Positions 9,237-18,112 of a DNA stretch of 32,566 nucleotides are shown here, one piece after another. The DNA lies in UHGV virus genome UHGV-0085244. The stretch is one strand, 5' to 3'. Source of the stretch: a virus. Under the pieces are notes generated by a model. The model did no database searches and was not told the origin of the DNA. It saw only the letters and a list, made by a program, of their open reading frames with translations. Every line of letters starts with the position of its first letter. Position 1 is the stretch's first letter. The translations under genes were made by a program, and so were the position numbers.

Positions 9237-10652
9237 TTAATACCCCACAGCAAAATAGTTAAACCCGCCAGCGCCGATGGATGATTCAGCGTTGGTTCCT
9301 GCCTGATAAGCGCGTAACTGAAAATCAGTGCTCGAAAAATTTTGGGCGGTTAACACAAAACCTTGCCCTACCCCCCCAACTGACTGATCGGTTGCCACAA
9401 CACACAATGCCCTGTTTGGAAATGCAATTGGGAATGATACTGTTTCTGGGGATGTTTTCGTTTTGGTTATTGCCCATTGAAGAATTAACCCGCCTGGCAG
9501 GTATTGATACCCCGAATCGGCTCGCTGATTACCAAATGAAGACATGTCCGGAATCTGTCCGGAACCAGTGCCAACATTTTTTTTTGCCGCATCTCCTAAA
9601 CCAAGGTATGTGAGAAGACCAGCTACATCCTTTCCACTCAAATTGGTAAGCGTATTGTCCAGCGGTTGTTTACCTGCCAGCGCATTAAGCATTGTCGTGG
9701 CAAAGTTCGGATCATTCCCCAGTGCCGCCGCCAGTTCGTTCAGTGTATCCAGTGCAGCAGGTGCAGAACCCACCATTCCTGCAATCGCCGATTTCACAAA
9801 AGCCGTAGTGGCAATCTGTGTATTGTTGACCGACTGCGCCGCCGTGGGGGCTGTTGGCGTTCCGGTGAGTGCCGGACTCGACAACGGTGCTTTTAGTGCC
9901 AGCGCATTGTTAATGGTGGTACTGAAATTCGGATCATTGTTAATGGCTGCGGCTATTTCTTTCAGCGTGTCCAGCGTGGCTGGCGCACCATTAATAAGGG
10001 CCGTCAGTGCCGCCTGTACAAACGCAGTGGTCGCAACCTGCGTGGTATTATTCCCCGCCGCTGGCGTTGGCGCTTTGGGGGTTCCGGTAAATGTCGGGCT
10101 GGCTTTTGGCGCGTACTGTGAATGCGGGTCCGGTGCGGCAAGATGTTTTGCCATCTGATCATCCGCGTACACCTTCAGCTCCAGTGCCTTGTCATCCACA
10201 TACTTGCGGGTTGCCAGCACTACAGCAGGGTCGATTTTCAGGGTGATATTGTCCGTGCTGCTGGTAATCAGCACCATGCGCACGGTCTGAGTGCGCCCGC
10301 TACCTTCAGCCAGTTGCGGCTTATAGCTTTCCGGGCAGTTGCCCACGGCAATCAATGCCCCTGACTCATCAAACAGGCCCACTTCACGTATCCACCAACC
10401 GCCCTCGTTTTCAGGGATCACCTGTTCGGCAATAATCTGGCTGCTGTTCTGCGGGTCGATATAAAGCATATTCAGCGCAGCCCGGCGTTTCTCATTTACC
10501 AGTGCCGTCTGCTTTGCGTCCGGCGTTGGCAATACTCCACCGCCATCGCCCACCGCCATATGGGTAATTTTTAGCGGCACACCGAGCGCGGCGGCGCTGG
10601 CAAGTTTCGCCGCGCCAATATCCGTCAGCAGGGTATAAAATTTTGTGCTCAT
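9237..10652 (-). CDS. H: Tail-fibre protein; constant N-terminal part fused to the variable C-terminal cassette in the current orientation
   Basis: 471-aa ORF; N-terminus MSTKFYTLLTDIGAAKLA... as I recall for P2 gpH; crossover site at codons about 346-354. Confidence 0.9.
   Translation of the reverse strand: MSTKFYTLLTDIGAAKLASAAALGVPLKITHMAVGDGGGVLPTPDAKQTALVNEKRRAALNMLYIDPQNSSQIIAEQVIPENEGGWWIREVGLFDESGALIAVGNCPESYKPQLAEGSGRTQTVRMVLITSSTDNITLKIDPAVVLATRKYVDDKALELKVYADDQMAKHLAAPDPHSQYAPKASPTFTGTPKAPTPAAGNNTTQVATTAFVQAALTALINGAPATLDTLKEIAAAINNDPNFSTTINNALALKAPLSSPALTGTPTAPTAAQSVNNTQIATTAFVKSAIAGMVGSAPAALDTLNELAAALGNDPNFATTMLNALAGKQPLDNTLTNLSGKDVAGLLTYLGLGDAAKKNVGTGSGQIPDMSSFGNQRADSGYQYLPGGLILQWAITKTKTSPETVSFPIAFPNRALCVVATDQSVGGVGQGFVLTAQNFSSTDFQLRAYQAGTNAESSIGAGGFNYFAVGY
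9592..9616. repeat. Invertase crossover site (hix/gix-like) inside tail-fibre gene H
   Basis: TCTCCTAAACCAAGGTATGTGAGAA, reverse complement of the 8044-8068 site with about 5 mismatches. Confidence 0.7.
9660..10091 (-). repeat. Tandem in-frame duplication of about 70 codons within H
   Basis: Protein repeats TTQVATTAFVQAALTALINGAPATLDTLKEIAAAINNDPNFSTTINNALALKAPL and NTQIATTAFVKSAIAGMVGSAPAALDTLNELAAALGNDPNFATTMLNALAGKQPL. Confidence 0.7.
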
Positions 10653-11254
10653 GGATTCACTCTCATTGTGTCAATAACATGGACCGCCCCGCCTTCATGC
10701 GCGGTGCCACCGGAAATAATCGTTTCGTTGATATACGGATAGATCGTGATTTCTTCGCCAAGATAGCTGGCGGCTCCCACCCAATGCGGGCCGCTGGTCT
10801 GCAGATTGATGGACATGCCGATCATGTGACGGCTACATGGTTTGGCATCGCTTATCAGTCGCTCAAGTTCCAGATAGGTATCTTCAGTGATGCCCTGGTC
10901 CTGCACGCCGATATCCAGGCGAAACGTGCCCGGTGCCTCTCCGGTCTGCCACCACTCAATAATGCGGATCAGAAAGCCGAACGGCTCCACCACCCGCCGC
11001 ACGGCACTGGTGGTCCCTTTATGCTGATGAATATAAAAAGCATCCTTCACCACCTGGCGCTTGACGCTTTCTGTCCAGCCCTCGTCCCAGCGATCCACAG
11101 AGAACGCCCAGGCGAGATAAGGCAGGAAACTGACCGGACAGGTTGCCGGATTCCACAAGTCACGAAGCGGCACCTGCAGATCAGAAATCCCGCTGCAGGT
11201 TTGCGCCAGTCGGCGCTCCAGTGGTGTTGAACCCGGTGGCAGCAGACTATTCAT
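10649..11254 (-). CDS. I: Baseplate assembly protein I
   Basis: 201-aa ORF, P2 gpI-like; synteny between J and H. Confidence 0.85.
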   Translation of the reverse strand: MNSLLPPGSTPLERRLAQTCSGISDLQVPLRDLWNPATCPVSFLPYLAWAFSVDRWDEGWTESVKRQVVKDAFYIHQHKGTTSAVRRVVEPFGFLIRIIEWWQTGEAPGTFRLDIGVQDQGITEDTYLELERLISDAKPCSRHMIGMSINLQTSGPHWVGAASYLGEEITIYPYINETIISGGTAHEGGAVHVIDTMRVNP

Positions 11255-12155
11255 CCGTTCCTCCGTTGGTTACGCTCCACTGCGTACATGATGCCGCCTG
11301 TGTTTTGTTCAGGACCACATCCGCCAGAGGAGAAGCCAGCTCCACACGCTGCACACCCTCAACATGCAGGGCGGCAAAGATGGCGCTACGGCGAATATCC
11401 CGACCAAGACGCGTCTGACTGGCGATGTACTTCTGCAGGCTGGTTTTTGCCGCTGCCATTACCGGCTCTGCTTCCGGTCCCGGATAGAGAAAAATGGTGG
11501 CTTCCACGCGATACGGGATGATTTCTGCGCTGCGAACCGTAAGACGGTCAGCCACCGGGCGGACGTTCTCACTGTTCAGAGCTTTTTCCACCACGTCCAG
11601 CAGGTCTTTTTCTGCAGTTCCATCGCCTTCGCGGCTAAGGACAGTCAGCACCACCTCTGCAGGTGCCGGGCTGGTTGCACTGGCATCCGCCACCCGACCG
11701 TCGGCGCTTCGGGCATGAAATTCATAAGCTGCAGTTGGCCCCGCAACAGAAAGCCCTTCAAAGGCTGCAGGCACACGCAGGCGCAACGCTTCATCGCTTT
11801 CCATCACAGCTGCAACGGGCGGCACAGCATCATTATCAGCAGGCGTCACCGTCAGGCGTGTCACGTTGTAGTTGGCAGCGAGCTGGTCAAGATCGCCGCC
11901 CATCGCGTAAGCCACCATCACCGCCTGCGCGGCTTCGTTAATGCGCTGGCGCAGAAGCAACTCACGGTAAGCGTTCTCCTGCAACAATTTAGTGGCGGGT
12001 TCAGATTCCAGTTCCAGCGTGCGGATCACTGCTTCCTGCTCATCTTTCGGATGAAGCGCCACAAATTCTGCCTTGCGTTCGGCAAGCAGCGTCTCAAAGT
12101 CCGGCACATCCACAATCTGCGGTGCAGGCAACTGCGAAAGGTCAATCACTGCCAT
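11247..12155 (-). CDS. J: Baseplate wedge protein J
   Basis: Track ORF 11247..12194 has a GTG start; the ATG at 12155 gives MAVIDLSQLPAPQIVD..., matching the P2 gpJ N-terminus as I recall it, with AGGAG RBS. Confidence 0.85.
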   Translation of the reverse strand: MAVIDLSQLPAPQIVDVPDFETLLAERKAEFVALHPKDEQEAVIRTLELESEPATKLLQENAYRELLLRQRINEAAQAVMVAYAMGGDLDQLAANYNVTRLTVTPADNDAVPPVAAVMESDEALRLRVPAAFEGLSVAGPTAAYEFHARSADGRVADASATSPAPAEVVLTVLSREGDGTAEKDLLDVVEKALNSENVRPVADRLTVRSAEIIPYRVEATIFLYPGPEAEPVMAAAKTSLQKYIASQTRLGRDIRRSAIFAALHVEGVQRVELASPLADVVLNKTQAASCTQWSVTNGGTDE

Positions 12156-12501
12156 TCTCTGCTCCTGTTGATACGGAAAGGGACACAGGCACACCGTTAT
12201 TCCGCCGCCCGGTCAGCTCCACCACCATAGAACCGTCAAAATTGCTGTTGATGGTGATGGAATCCAGCGTCATCCGTGGCTCCCAGCGACTCAGCGCCAC
12301 ATACACTGCCGACATGACCTGCAGGCGTAATGCCGGATTTTGTGGCTGGTCTATTAGCGACGACAGCAGGGAACCATATTCACGACGAGCAATGCGGCTA
12401 CCCTGCGGCGTCAGCAGAATGTCCCGCACCGACTGGCGCAGATGGTCAATATCAGTAATGACTTTGCCGCTGGTATTGTTCATCCCGCTATAAAGCGTCA
12501 T
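12142..12501 (-). CDS. W: Baseplate protein W
   Basis: 119-aa ORF, P2 gpW-like. Confidence 0.85.
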   Translation of the reverse strand: MTLYSGMNNTSGKVITDIDHLRQSVRDILLTPQGSRIARREYGSLLSSLIDQPQNPALRLQVMSAVYVALSRWEPRMTLDSITINSNFDGSMVVELTGRRNNGVPVSLSVSTGAENGSD

Positions 12502-13076
12502 ACCGGGCCTCCGGTTGTATCGCCGCCTTTCAGGACGCCAGTATGCTGATGCGCATCAACCACGATCCCGTTAGAACTCATCGCTCCGCCGCCCTGGGTA
12601 ACGCCACCATTGATCACCACTTCGCTGTTAATGCGCGTGCGGTCAGCCTCCAGTACAAACTCACTGGTTTTCATGGTGATGTTGTCAGCGGCCTCAATGA
12701 CCATTGATTTGATGCCCCTGACATACCAGCGTCCGGTGGCGGGTTCGTATTCAAACCAGCCACCGTCAGGATGTTCTGTCACGCAGGCGTCCGCCGACGT
12801 CGACGGTGGCGCGAACTGATTCGAATAGATGGCGGGTAACGCAAAGGCGGTTTCCAGATTGCCGCCCAGACTCAGCAGCACCACCTGCTCACCTTCCGAT
12901 GGTCGCCACCATGTGCGGGCATTCCCGGCACGCAGCGTCAGCCAGCTGATCCAGTTGGTTTCAAGCTCGCCCGTTTTCACCCGGCAAAGCCAGTTTTCCC
13001 TGTCCACTTCGGTGACTACCCCAGTGCGGATCAGGTTGGTGATAAGGCGCATGATTTCGGTTAATTGTGCGTTCAT
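12498..13076 (-). CDS. V: Baseplate spike protein V
   Basis: 192-aa ORF, P2 gpV-like. Confidence 0.85.
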   Translation of the reverse strand: MNAQLTEIMRLITNLIRTGVVTEVDRENWLCRVKTGELETNWISWLTLRAGNARTWWRPSEGEQVVLLSLGGNLETAFALPAIYSNQFAPPSTSADACVTEHPDGGWFEYEPATGRWYVRGIKSMVIEAADNITMKTSEFVLEADRTRINSEVVINGGVTQGGGAMSSNGIVVDAHQHTGVLKGGDTTGGPV

Positions 13077-13122
13077 AGGGAAAGGTTGCCATCAGGGGAA
13101 GAAAGGCGGCAGTGCTGCAACT

Positions 13123-13140
13123 TGTATCAGTGCTGATACA
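13123..13140. promoter_or_regulatory. Candidate Ogr-binding dyad (TGT-N12-ACA) of the late V operon promoter
   Basis: TGTATCAGTGCTGATACA, a perfect palindrome between the S stop and the V start. Confidence 0.55.
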
Positions 13141-13144
13141 AAGA

Positions 13145-13591
13145 TCACCCCGCCAGCCATTGCAGAATCATGTCGCTGGTCATTGCCTCAACATCATCAT
13201 TTACACCCAGCAGGCGGCGCTCTGCGTAACGGACCTCCGGTCCTTTGCGACTGACGCGATCACGCAGGCCGTAATGGTGAACACGGGCAATACGCTGCAC
13301 CTTGCCTTCAAACTGTACGCTGGCAGAGTCGGCGCTGGCGGCAGTTTTCAGGTATTTTGTGGTGCGCAGCTTTGCAAACATCTGACGTTTGATGCGGCCT
13401 TTTTTGCTGCGTGCTGTTACCCTGCGCGGTTCATAACTGCTGCCATCTGGATTGCGCTGCATCCTGATATTCTGCTGCTGTGTCCGGCGCAGTTCCTGCG
13501 CCAGCTGGCGCATCATGCGGCTTCTCGTGGCTGGTTCCAGATTCGCCAGCAAGGCACTCAGCCAGTCGTCCACCTTCTGCAGTTCAGCCAC
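13145..13591 (-). CDS. S: Tail completion protein S
   Basis: 148-aa ORF, GTG start overlapping the R stop. Confidence 0.8.
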   Translation of the reverse strand: MAELQKVDDWLSALLANLEPATRSRMMRQLAQELRRTQQQNIRMQRNPDGSSYEPRRVTARSKKGRIKRQMFAKLRTTKYLKTAASADSASVQFEGKVQRIARVHHYGLRDRVSRKGPEVRYAERRLLGVNDDVEAMTSDMILQWLAG

Positions 13592-14015
13592 GTTTCACCG
13601 TCCACATTTCTTCAGGTTCATCGGGTTCTGCTACAGCTTCAACGCTCGACACACTGCCGTCAGTACTGACCAGCACACGTTCCGTCAGTTGCAGGTTAAG
13701 GCTGATATCACAGACATCGTTGCGCAAAATATCCACCTCAAAGGTGAATAGCTTTTCCCGTAACGCCGGGTTATTGATGGCATCGGGCTGGTTATCCCGA
13801 AGCCACAGTAAAACCGGGGCCATCAGCAGATTCTGGTCGCCGCTGAAATCCTCTATCACCACGTTCAGGGTATAGCGGTACTCCCATGACATGGAGCTGG
13901 CCCCCGTGGCAACCAGCGAACCGTTATCCACAAACAGATGCAGTTTGTCCGGGTTATTGCGGACATAAGGCACCGCTTTATTGAGGGCGTGGCGCAGGGA
14001 TTGTGGTTTGTTCAC
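13584..14015 (-). CDS. R: Tail completion protein R
   Basis: Track ORF 13584..14036 has a TTG start; the GTG at 14015 with AGGAG RBS gives (M)NKPQSLRHALNKAV, resembling the P2 gpR N-terminus as I recall it. Confidence 0.8.
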   Translation of the reverse strand: MNKPQSLRHALNKAVPYVRNNPDKLHLFVDNGSLVATGASSMSWEYRYTLNVVIEDFSGDQNLLMAPVLLWLRDNQPDAINNPALREKLFTFEVDILRNDVCDISLNLQLTERVLVSTDGSVSSVEAVAEPDEPEEMWTVKRG

Positions 14016-14268
14016 TGTTTCGCTCCTGACACGCAATAATCATGTCCACTTTGTCTGCACAGACCGCCCAGGCGGCCTCCGTTTCATCCAGCAACGCGTT
14101 CAGGTCACCGTTAGTGCGCGGCGCTGCCTGCCCCAGCCGACACGGCGTCACTCGCGGACAACCACTGACGGTAAGCTGCACCTCCGGTGAGTGTGGGGCG
14201 TTCCCGCAGCCGGATAATGTCAGCAGGCAAAGGAGTATCAGCCCAGCGGCGTAAATCCTCGTTCTCAC
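13978..14268 (-). CDS. lysC: LysC, Rz1-like outer-membrane lipoprotein spanin embedded out of frame in lysB
   Basis: Lipobox LTLSGC after a hydrophobic leader; nested in the +1 frame of the lysB 3' half; GTG start, so start uncertain. Confidence 0.65.
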   Translation of the reverse strand: MRTRIYAAGLILLCLLTLSGCGNAPHSPEVQLTVSGCPRVTPCRLGQAAPRTNGDLNALLDETEAAWAVCADKVDMIIACQERNSEQTTIPAPRPQ

Positions 14269-14539
14269 GTTTCAGTTCCTCAATCCGGCGTTGTCGTTGT
14301 CTCAGCAGTACACTGGTCTGTTCTGCTTCGGCATAGAGCCGCGCCTGCTCCCGGTTATTGGTTTCAGTCAGAATGGACAGGCTGATAAGCTGGCTGTTGC
14401 TCTTTGCCAGTGACTGGCTTTTGCTCCGAAGCTCGTCTGCCTGCGTGCTGATGGTCTGGCTGGCATCAGCCAGCCGCCACGTCTGCCAGCCCAGCGCCGC
14501 CAGTAATAACGCCAGCACAACCAGCAGCAACCGGTTCAT
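14111..14539 (-). CDS. lysB: LysB, Rz-like inner-membrane spanin
   Basis: 142-aa ORF with N-terminal transmembrane segment and coiled-coil periplasmic part. Confidence 0.8.
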   Translation of the reverse strand: MNRLLLVVLALLLAALGWQTWRLADASQTISTQADELRSKSQSLAKSNSQLISLSILTETNNREQARLYAEAEQTSVLLRQRQRRIEELKRENEDLRRWADTPLPADIIRLRERPTLTGGAAYRQWLSASDAVSAGAGSAAH

Positions 14540-14913
14540 GCTACTACCTGTTGCGCAATCTGATTACGGATCATCCAGAAGGCAATAACGGTCAGCAGAT
14601 AAAAGACCAGGGTAATAGCCCACCCCGTCCAGGCGAAACTTACGACAATCAGCAATCGCATCACCCAGCTGATAAATACGTTTTCTTTTCGGGTAATGGT
14701 CTTTAGCAAAGATGCCCTCAACTCCTGCCAGAGCGGGCCGTTCTTAATTAACGCAGCCAGTGCTACCGGAATTACCGCCCATGTCAGCAGACAGGCTACC
14801 CAGACACCGGACGCTGCCAGTACCGGAAAAATCCCCTGTGGATACACCATTGCTGCGATCAACAGCGCCATCCATAACATCAGAAACAGCCCGCTGATTA
14901 CTTTCTTTTTCAT
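14536..14913 (-). CDS. lysA: LysA, multi-pass membrane lysis-timing protein
   Basis: Start at the ATG giving MKKKVISGLFLMLWMALLIAAMV... (GGGAG RBS, 1 nt after the K stop); several hydrophobic helices; position as P2 lysA. Confidence 0.75.
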   Translation of the reverse strand: MKKKVISGLFLMLWMALLIAAMVYPQGIFPVLAASGVWVACLLTWAVIPVALAALIKNGPLWQELRASLLKTITRKENVFISWVMRLLIVVSFAWTGWAITLVFYLLTVIAFWMIRNQIAQQVVA

Positions 14914-14914
14914 T

Positions 14915-15427
14915 TCAGTTTGCTCCCTGTAAGCACCAGGCCATCTCCCGCGCACGGCGGTTATCCAGCCCCTGATTAAAAACACCTTTCACATAAACCC
15001 AGCGCGGCAACTGTCGGCACGCATCCGCCCAGCGCCGCTGATTGAGTAATTTCACCAGTGTGGAACTGCAGGCATTGCCCGTTCCCACGTTGAAGGCAAA
15101 CGACACCGCAGCGTCATACACCTTCTGCGGCGGCTGTTGCTTCACACACCTTTCCAGCGCCCGCTCCACACGCAGCACGTTGGAGATCAGCCCTTCTGCT
15201 GCCTGTCGCTCCGTAATGGTTTTGCCGGGAATGACGCCCGACGTATTACCAATGCCGTCGGTCCAGACACCCGCGCTGCACTGATACGGCTGCAGACGAC
15301 AGCCTTCGTAATCAGCAATCAGTTTCAGCCCCTCCACGGAGGTGTGAAGCTGCTGAAAACCCGGCAGCGTGGCAGCAATAGCCAGCACGGCCCCGACAAG
15401 GCAGCGTTTAACGATTGATGGATTCAT
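14915..15427 (-). CDS. K: Endolysin (lysozyme family), probable signal-anchor-release type
   Basis: 170-aa ORF; N-terminal hydrophobic CLVGAVLAIAATLPGF followed by a lysozyme-like domain; P2 gpK position. Confidence 0.85.
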   Translation of the reverse strand: MNPSIVKRCLVGAVLAIAATLPGFQQLHTSVEGLKLIADYEGCRLQPYQCSAGVWTDGIGNTSGVIPGKTITERQAAEGLISNVLRVERALERCVKQQPPQKVYDAAVSFAFNVGTGNACSSTLVKLLNQRRWADACRQLPRWVYVKGVFNQGLDNRRAREMAWCLQGAN

Positions 15428-15623
15428 AGTCCTCCCGCGAAATCTGCCCGTCGCGCAGAAGCTGGTAGGCTTTGTGTTTGTAGTACCAGTTGATAGCCAG
15501 CATCAGTACACCAATCATCAGGCCGCCCAGCGTTGAGGCATCCTTGATGGACAAATCGCCCAGCCAGGCCAGCACGACGGCGATGCAATACGTGATAAAG
15601 GCGCTGATTCGCTCAAGCGTCAT
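15408..15623 (-). CDS. Y: Holin
   Basis: 71-aa protein with two hydrophobic helices and a charged C-terminus; P2 gpY position. Confidence 0.8.
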   Translation of the reverse strand: MTLERISAFITYCIAVVLAWLGDLSIKDASTLGGLMIGVLMLAINWYYKHKAYQLLRDGQISREDYESINR

Positions 15624-15626
15624 AAT

Positions 15627-15830
15627 TCAGTCCCATAGCTGGACGGTCTGCACGGTGGTGGTGGTCGGAATGTCCGGCAGCTCCACCTGCAGCCCGTGAG
15701 GTAAAAAGGGGCCGTATTCGGCAAGCCCCGGATTTGCCTTCAGTACCTGCTCCGTGACCCCCTGCGTGCGCCCGTAATGACGCCAGCAAAGCGCGTCCAC
15801 CGTGTCATACTGATGCGCACGCACTTTCAT
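15627..15830 (-). CDS. X: Tail protein X
   Basis: 67-aa ORF, P2 gpX-like. Confidence 0.8.
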   Translation of the reverse strand: MKVRAHQYDTVDALCWRHYGRTQGVTEQVLKANPGLAEYGPFLPHGLQVELPDIPTTTTVQTVQLWD

Positions 15831-16294
15831 CAGATAAGCTCCACTGTGCAGTGCGGCGCATCCTGCACCCGGCTGATGGCCCAGCGGGCGTCACGCCACA
15901 AATCACCGCTGGCTTCCGCCAGTTCTTCGCCTCGCTTCACACCGGATGCCGTGGCGTCATAGTCCTGGTATCGTTCGTTGAGCATGGCGCGTGCCCAGCA
16001 GTAAACCGCGTTGAAATAGTGCTGAATGCGCTCACTTTTCCCGTCCAGCTGTTCCGCCGGAACCTCTGCCAGCGAGGCATACCCCAGCATCTGCTGGCGT
16101 CTGCGAAACTCATACAGCTCTGCGTTGACCTCCGAAATTGCCGACAGGGCAACCTGCTTTAAACGCGGCTGCGTCACCGTGCCGTCAGTGCGCATGACAC
16201 TGCGAAACTCCGACAGGTCCACATCAGGCCAGAACGGCGTATTTCTGATGATTTCCGCCTGTTCCGGTGCCTGTTCTGGCGCAACAAACTTCAT
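15830..16294 (-). CDS. L: Capsid completion protein L
   Basis: Track ORF 15830..16357; start placed at the ATG giving MKFVAPEQ... with AGGAGA RBS; P2 gpL position. Confidence 0.8.
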   Translation of the reverse strand: MKFVAPEQAPEQAEIIRNTPFWPDVDLSEFRSVMRTDGTVTQPRLKQVALSAISEVNAELYEFRRRQQMLGYASLAEVPAEQLDGKSERIQHYFNAVYCWARAMLNERYQDYDATASGVKRGEELAEASGDLWRDARWAISRVQDAPHCTVELI

Positions 16295-16389
16295 GCTGCT
16301 TTCTCCTGAAATAGAGGGCGGTGGACGGGGTTTTGATGAGGCTGTGCCTTTCGCCACCCCGTGCCGCCCGTGCGCGGGGGCACGTTCTG

Positions 16390-17040
16390 TCAGCGGCTGT
16401 CATTGCGCAGTCTGCGCTCCAGCTGCTGTTTGTCTTTTTTCACGCCACAGCGGGGATCGAGCTGTAACGCATGGTTGAGATGATTAAGGGCGGACGCCGG
16501 ATTGCTTTCACTCAGGACAGCGCCAATCGCTTTATGCAGACGCGCCCGTGACTGGTCCGGCATATCCAGACCGTCTGTCAGCTCCAGCGTCTGCAGCAAC
16601 AGATCAGCATCAAAGCCGGTGGCGGCAAGCATTGCGCTCTGCGCGGCGTCTGCCATTTCCTCTGCCAGCACGGTCTGCACGTTGCGGTTACCCAGCGGCA
16701 TCACCCAGCCATGACGCAGGGCATGACGCCCGATCTCCAGCGCTCCGGCATAATCTCCGGCATCAATGCGCCACAGCATCACGTACATCAGCACGTCATC
16801 CTGTTGAGCGCCTCCGGCAGCCAGGACACCCTCTACCCAGGCGGCGTACTTCGGCAGCAGCTCCACCTTGATTTCCGCTTTTTTGACCGTGGACTGAACG
16901 CCCTTGAGACGGCGGCGGTCTTCCGCCAGTTGCAGCAGCATCAGGTCATAGCCCGATGCGTGGCGAACACTGCCGCCCTCGCGGGCGGCCTGTTCAGCCT
17001 GAACGCGCAGGCGATGCTGCCGTGCGGGACTCAGGCTCAT
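16390..17040 (-). CDS. M: Terminase small (endonuclease) subunit M
   Basis: 216-aa ORF, P2 gpM-like. Confidence 0.85.
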   Translation of the reverse strand: MSLSPARQHRLRVQAEQAAREGGSVRHASGYDLMLLQLAEDRRRLKGVQSTVKKAEIKVELLPKYAAWVEGVLAAGGAQQDDVLMYVMLWRIDAGDYAGALEIGRHALRHGWVMPLGNRNVQTVLAEEMADAAQSAMLAATGFDADLLLQTLELTDGLDMPDQSRARLHKAIGAVLSESNPASALNHLNHALQLDPRCGVKKDKQQLERRLRNDSR

Positions 17041-17043
17041 GGA

Positions 17044-18096
17044 TTACGCTCCTGTTTCGGCTGCGCTGAAGTCACCAATCTGGATGTTTTCCACCAGTGC
17101 AGCGCAGCGATAGTCCTCAACCACATAGGCTTCGTTAACGGATTCAAAATTTTCAATCCGGTCACGTTTCGGGTTGTCGATAACTGAACGGCGGCGGGTA
17201 TCTTCCTGCCAGTAGATGGACAGGTTATCCAGACGGGTGATCAGCAGCGCATTCGGCGGGAAGAACGGCGCACGCACCGCCTGCAGGCCACCCATGCGTT
17301 TCTGACTGATGATCATATCGGCAGCCAGTTTTTCACTGTTTTCCTGCTCTTTGTTGACCAGCGGGAAATACTTGTCAGACAGCAGTTCACGCCCGCAAAT
17401 CACCACCAGATCGTCATCGTCCTGGTAGACCACGTCGATAAGCTCATTGACCGCATCCATCACCACAGCGTCCAGGTTGGCATATTCGCCACCTTTCCCG
17501 ACTTTCACCGCACCCGGTGTGGTTTCGCCGCCCGTGGTGGTGCTGCCCATGACGTGATCCGGTGCATCCTCACGGATTTTCTGCAGCCAGCCTTTGTTCA
17601 CATCCTGCAGCAGCGGGTTTTCACTACGGTTGGAGGTTTTCGCACGCTTCACGCCGTTAAAGCCGATCATGATGCGGTCCAGTGCCTGACGTTTCACGAT
17701 GGCGTCACGGATACGCACCTGGAAATCCTGAAACTTCGCCCACAGGTCCAGCTTCGCGTAGGTCAGCACCGTGTCAAAGTTGGTCTGCTCGCATTTATAT
17801 TCCACATCGACCATCAGCGTCGGATCGACAGGTTCACGCTCTTTCGCGGTGGTATCAGTGGTTCCGGCAATGGTGCTGCCAACACCCAGCCCCAGCAGCT
17901 GACCGGACTGCTCAGTCACTGGCGTGACGTTAATCAGCGTCAGGAAAGCGGCGGACTGCTGGATCTGGTCTTCCAGCGTCTGCTGCACAGACGGCTCCAC
18001 AGTGAATTTGCTGGACAGTTCTTCAACTGCCACACCGTTCAGACGCGCCAGCTGCTGCAGGTAAGCGTTAAAAGCAAAGCGGGTATTCTTTTTCAT
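17044..18096 (-). CDS. N: Major capsid protein N
   Basis: 350-aa ORF, P2 gpN-like. Confidence 0.9.
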   Translation of the reverse strand: MKKNTRFAFNAYLQQLARLNGVAVEELSSKFTVEPSVQQTLEDQIQQSAAFLTLINVTPVTEQSGQLLGLGVGSTIAGTTDTTAKEREPVDPTLMVDVEYKCEQTNFDTVLTYAKLDLWAKFQDFQVRIRDAIVKRQALDRIMIGFNGVKRAKTSNRSENPLLQDVNKGWLQKIREDAPDHVMGSTTTGGETTPGAVKVGKGGEYANLDAVVMDAVNELIDVVYQDDDDLVVICGRELLSDKYFPLVNKEQENSEKLAADMIISQKRMGGLQAVRAPFFPPNALLITRLDNLSIYWQEDTRRRSVIDNPKRDRIENFESVNEAYVVEDYRCAALVENIQIGDFSAAETGA

Positions 18097-18112
18097 CGGG
18101 TTTTGTGCTCCA

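Larger units (their letters stand above)
8056..9604. mobile_element. Invertible tail-fibre segment (G-segment-like, about 1.55 kb)
   Basis: Flanked by the inverted crossover sites; holds two alternative fibre C-terminal cassettes and two assembly genes in opposite orientations; inversion keeps the H reading frame. Confidence 0.7.

Noticed and set aside
9544-10158. 204-aa plus-strand ORF with internal repeats
   Set aside because: It is antisense to tail-fibre gene H and its repeats simply mirror the tandem duplication in H.
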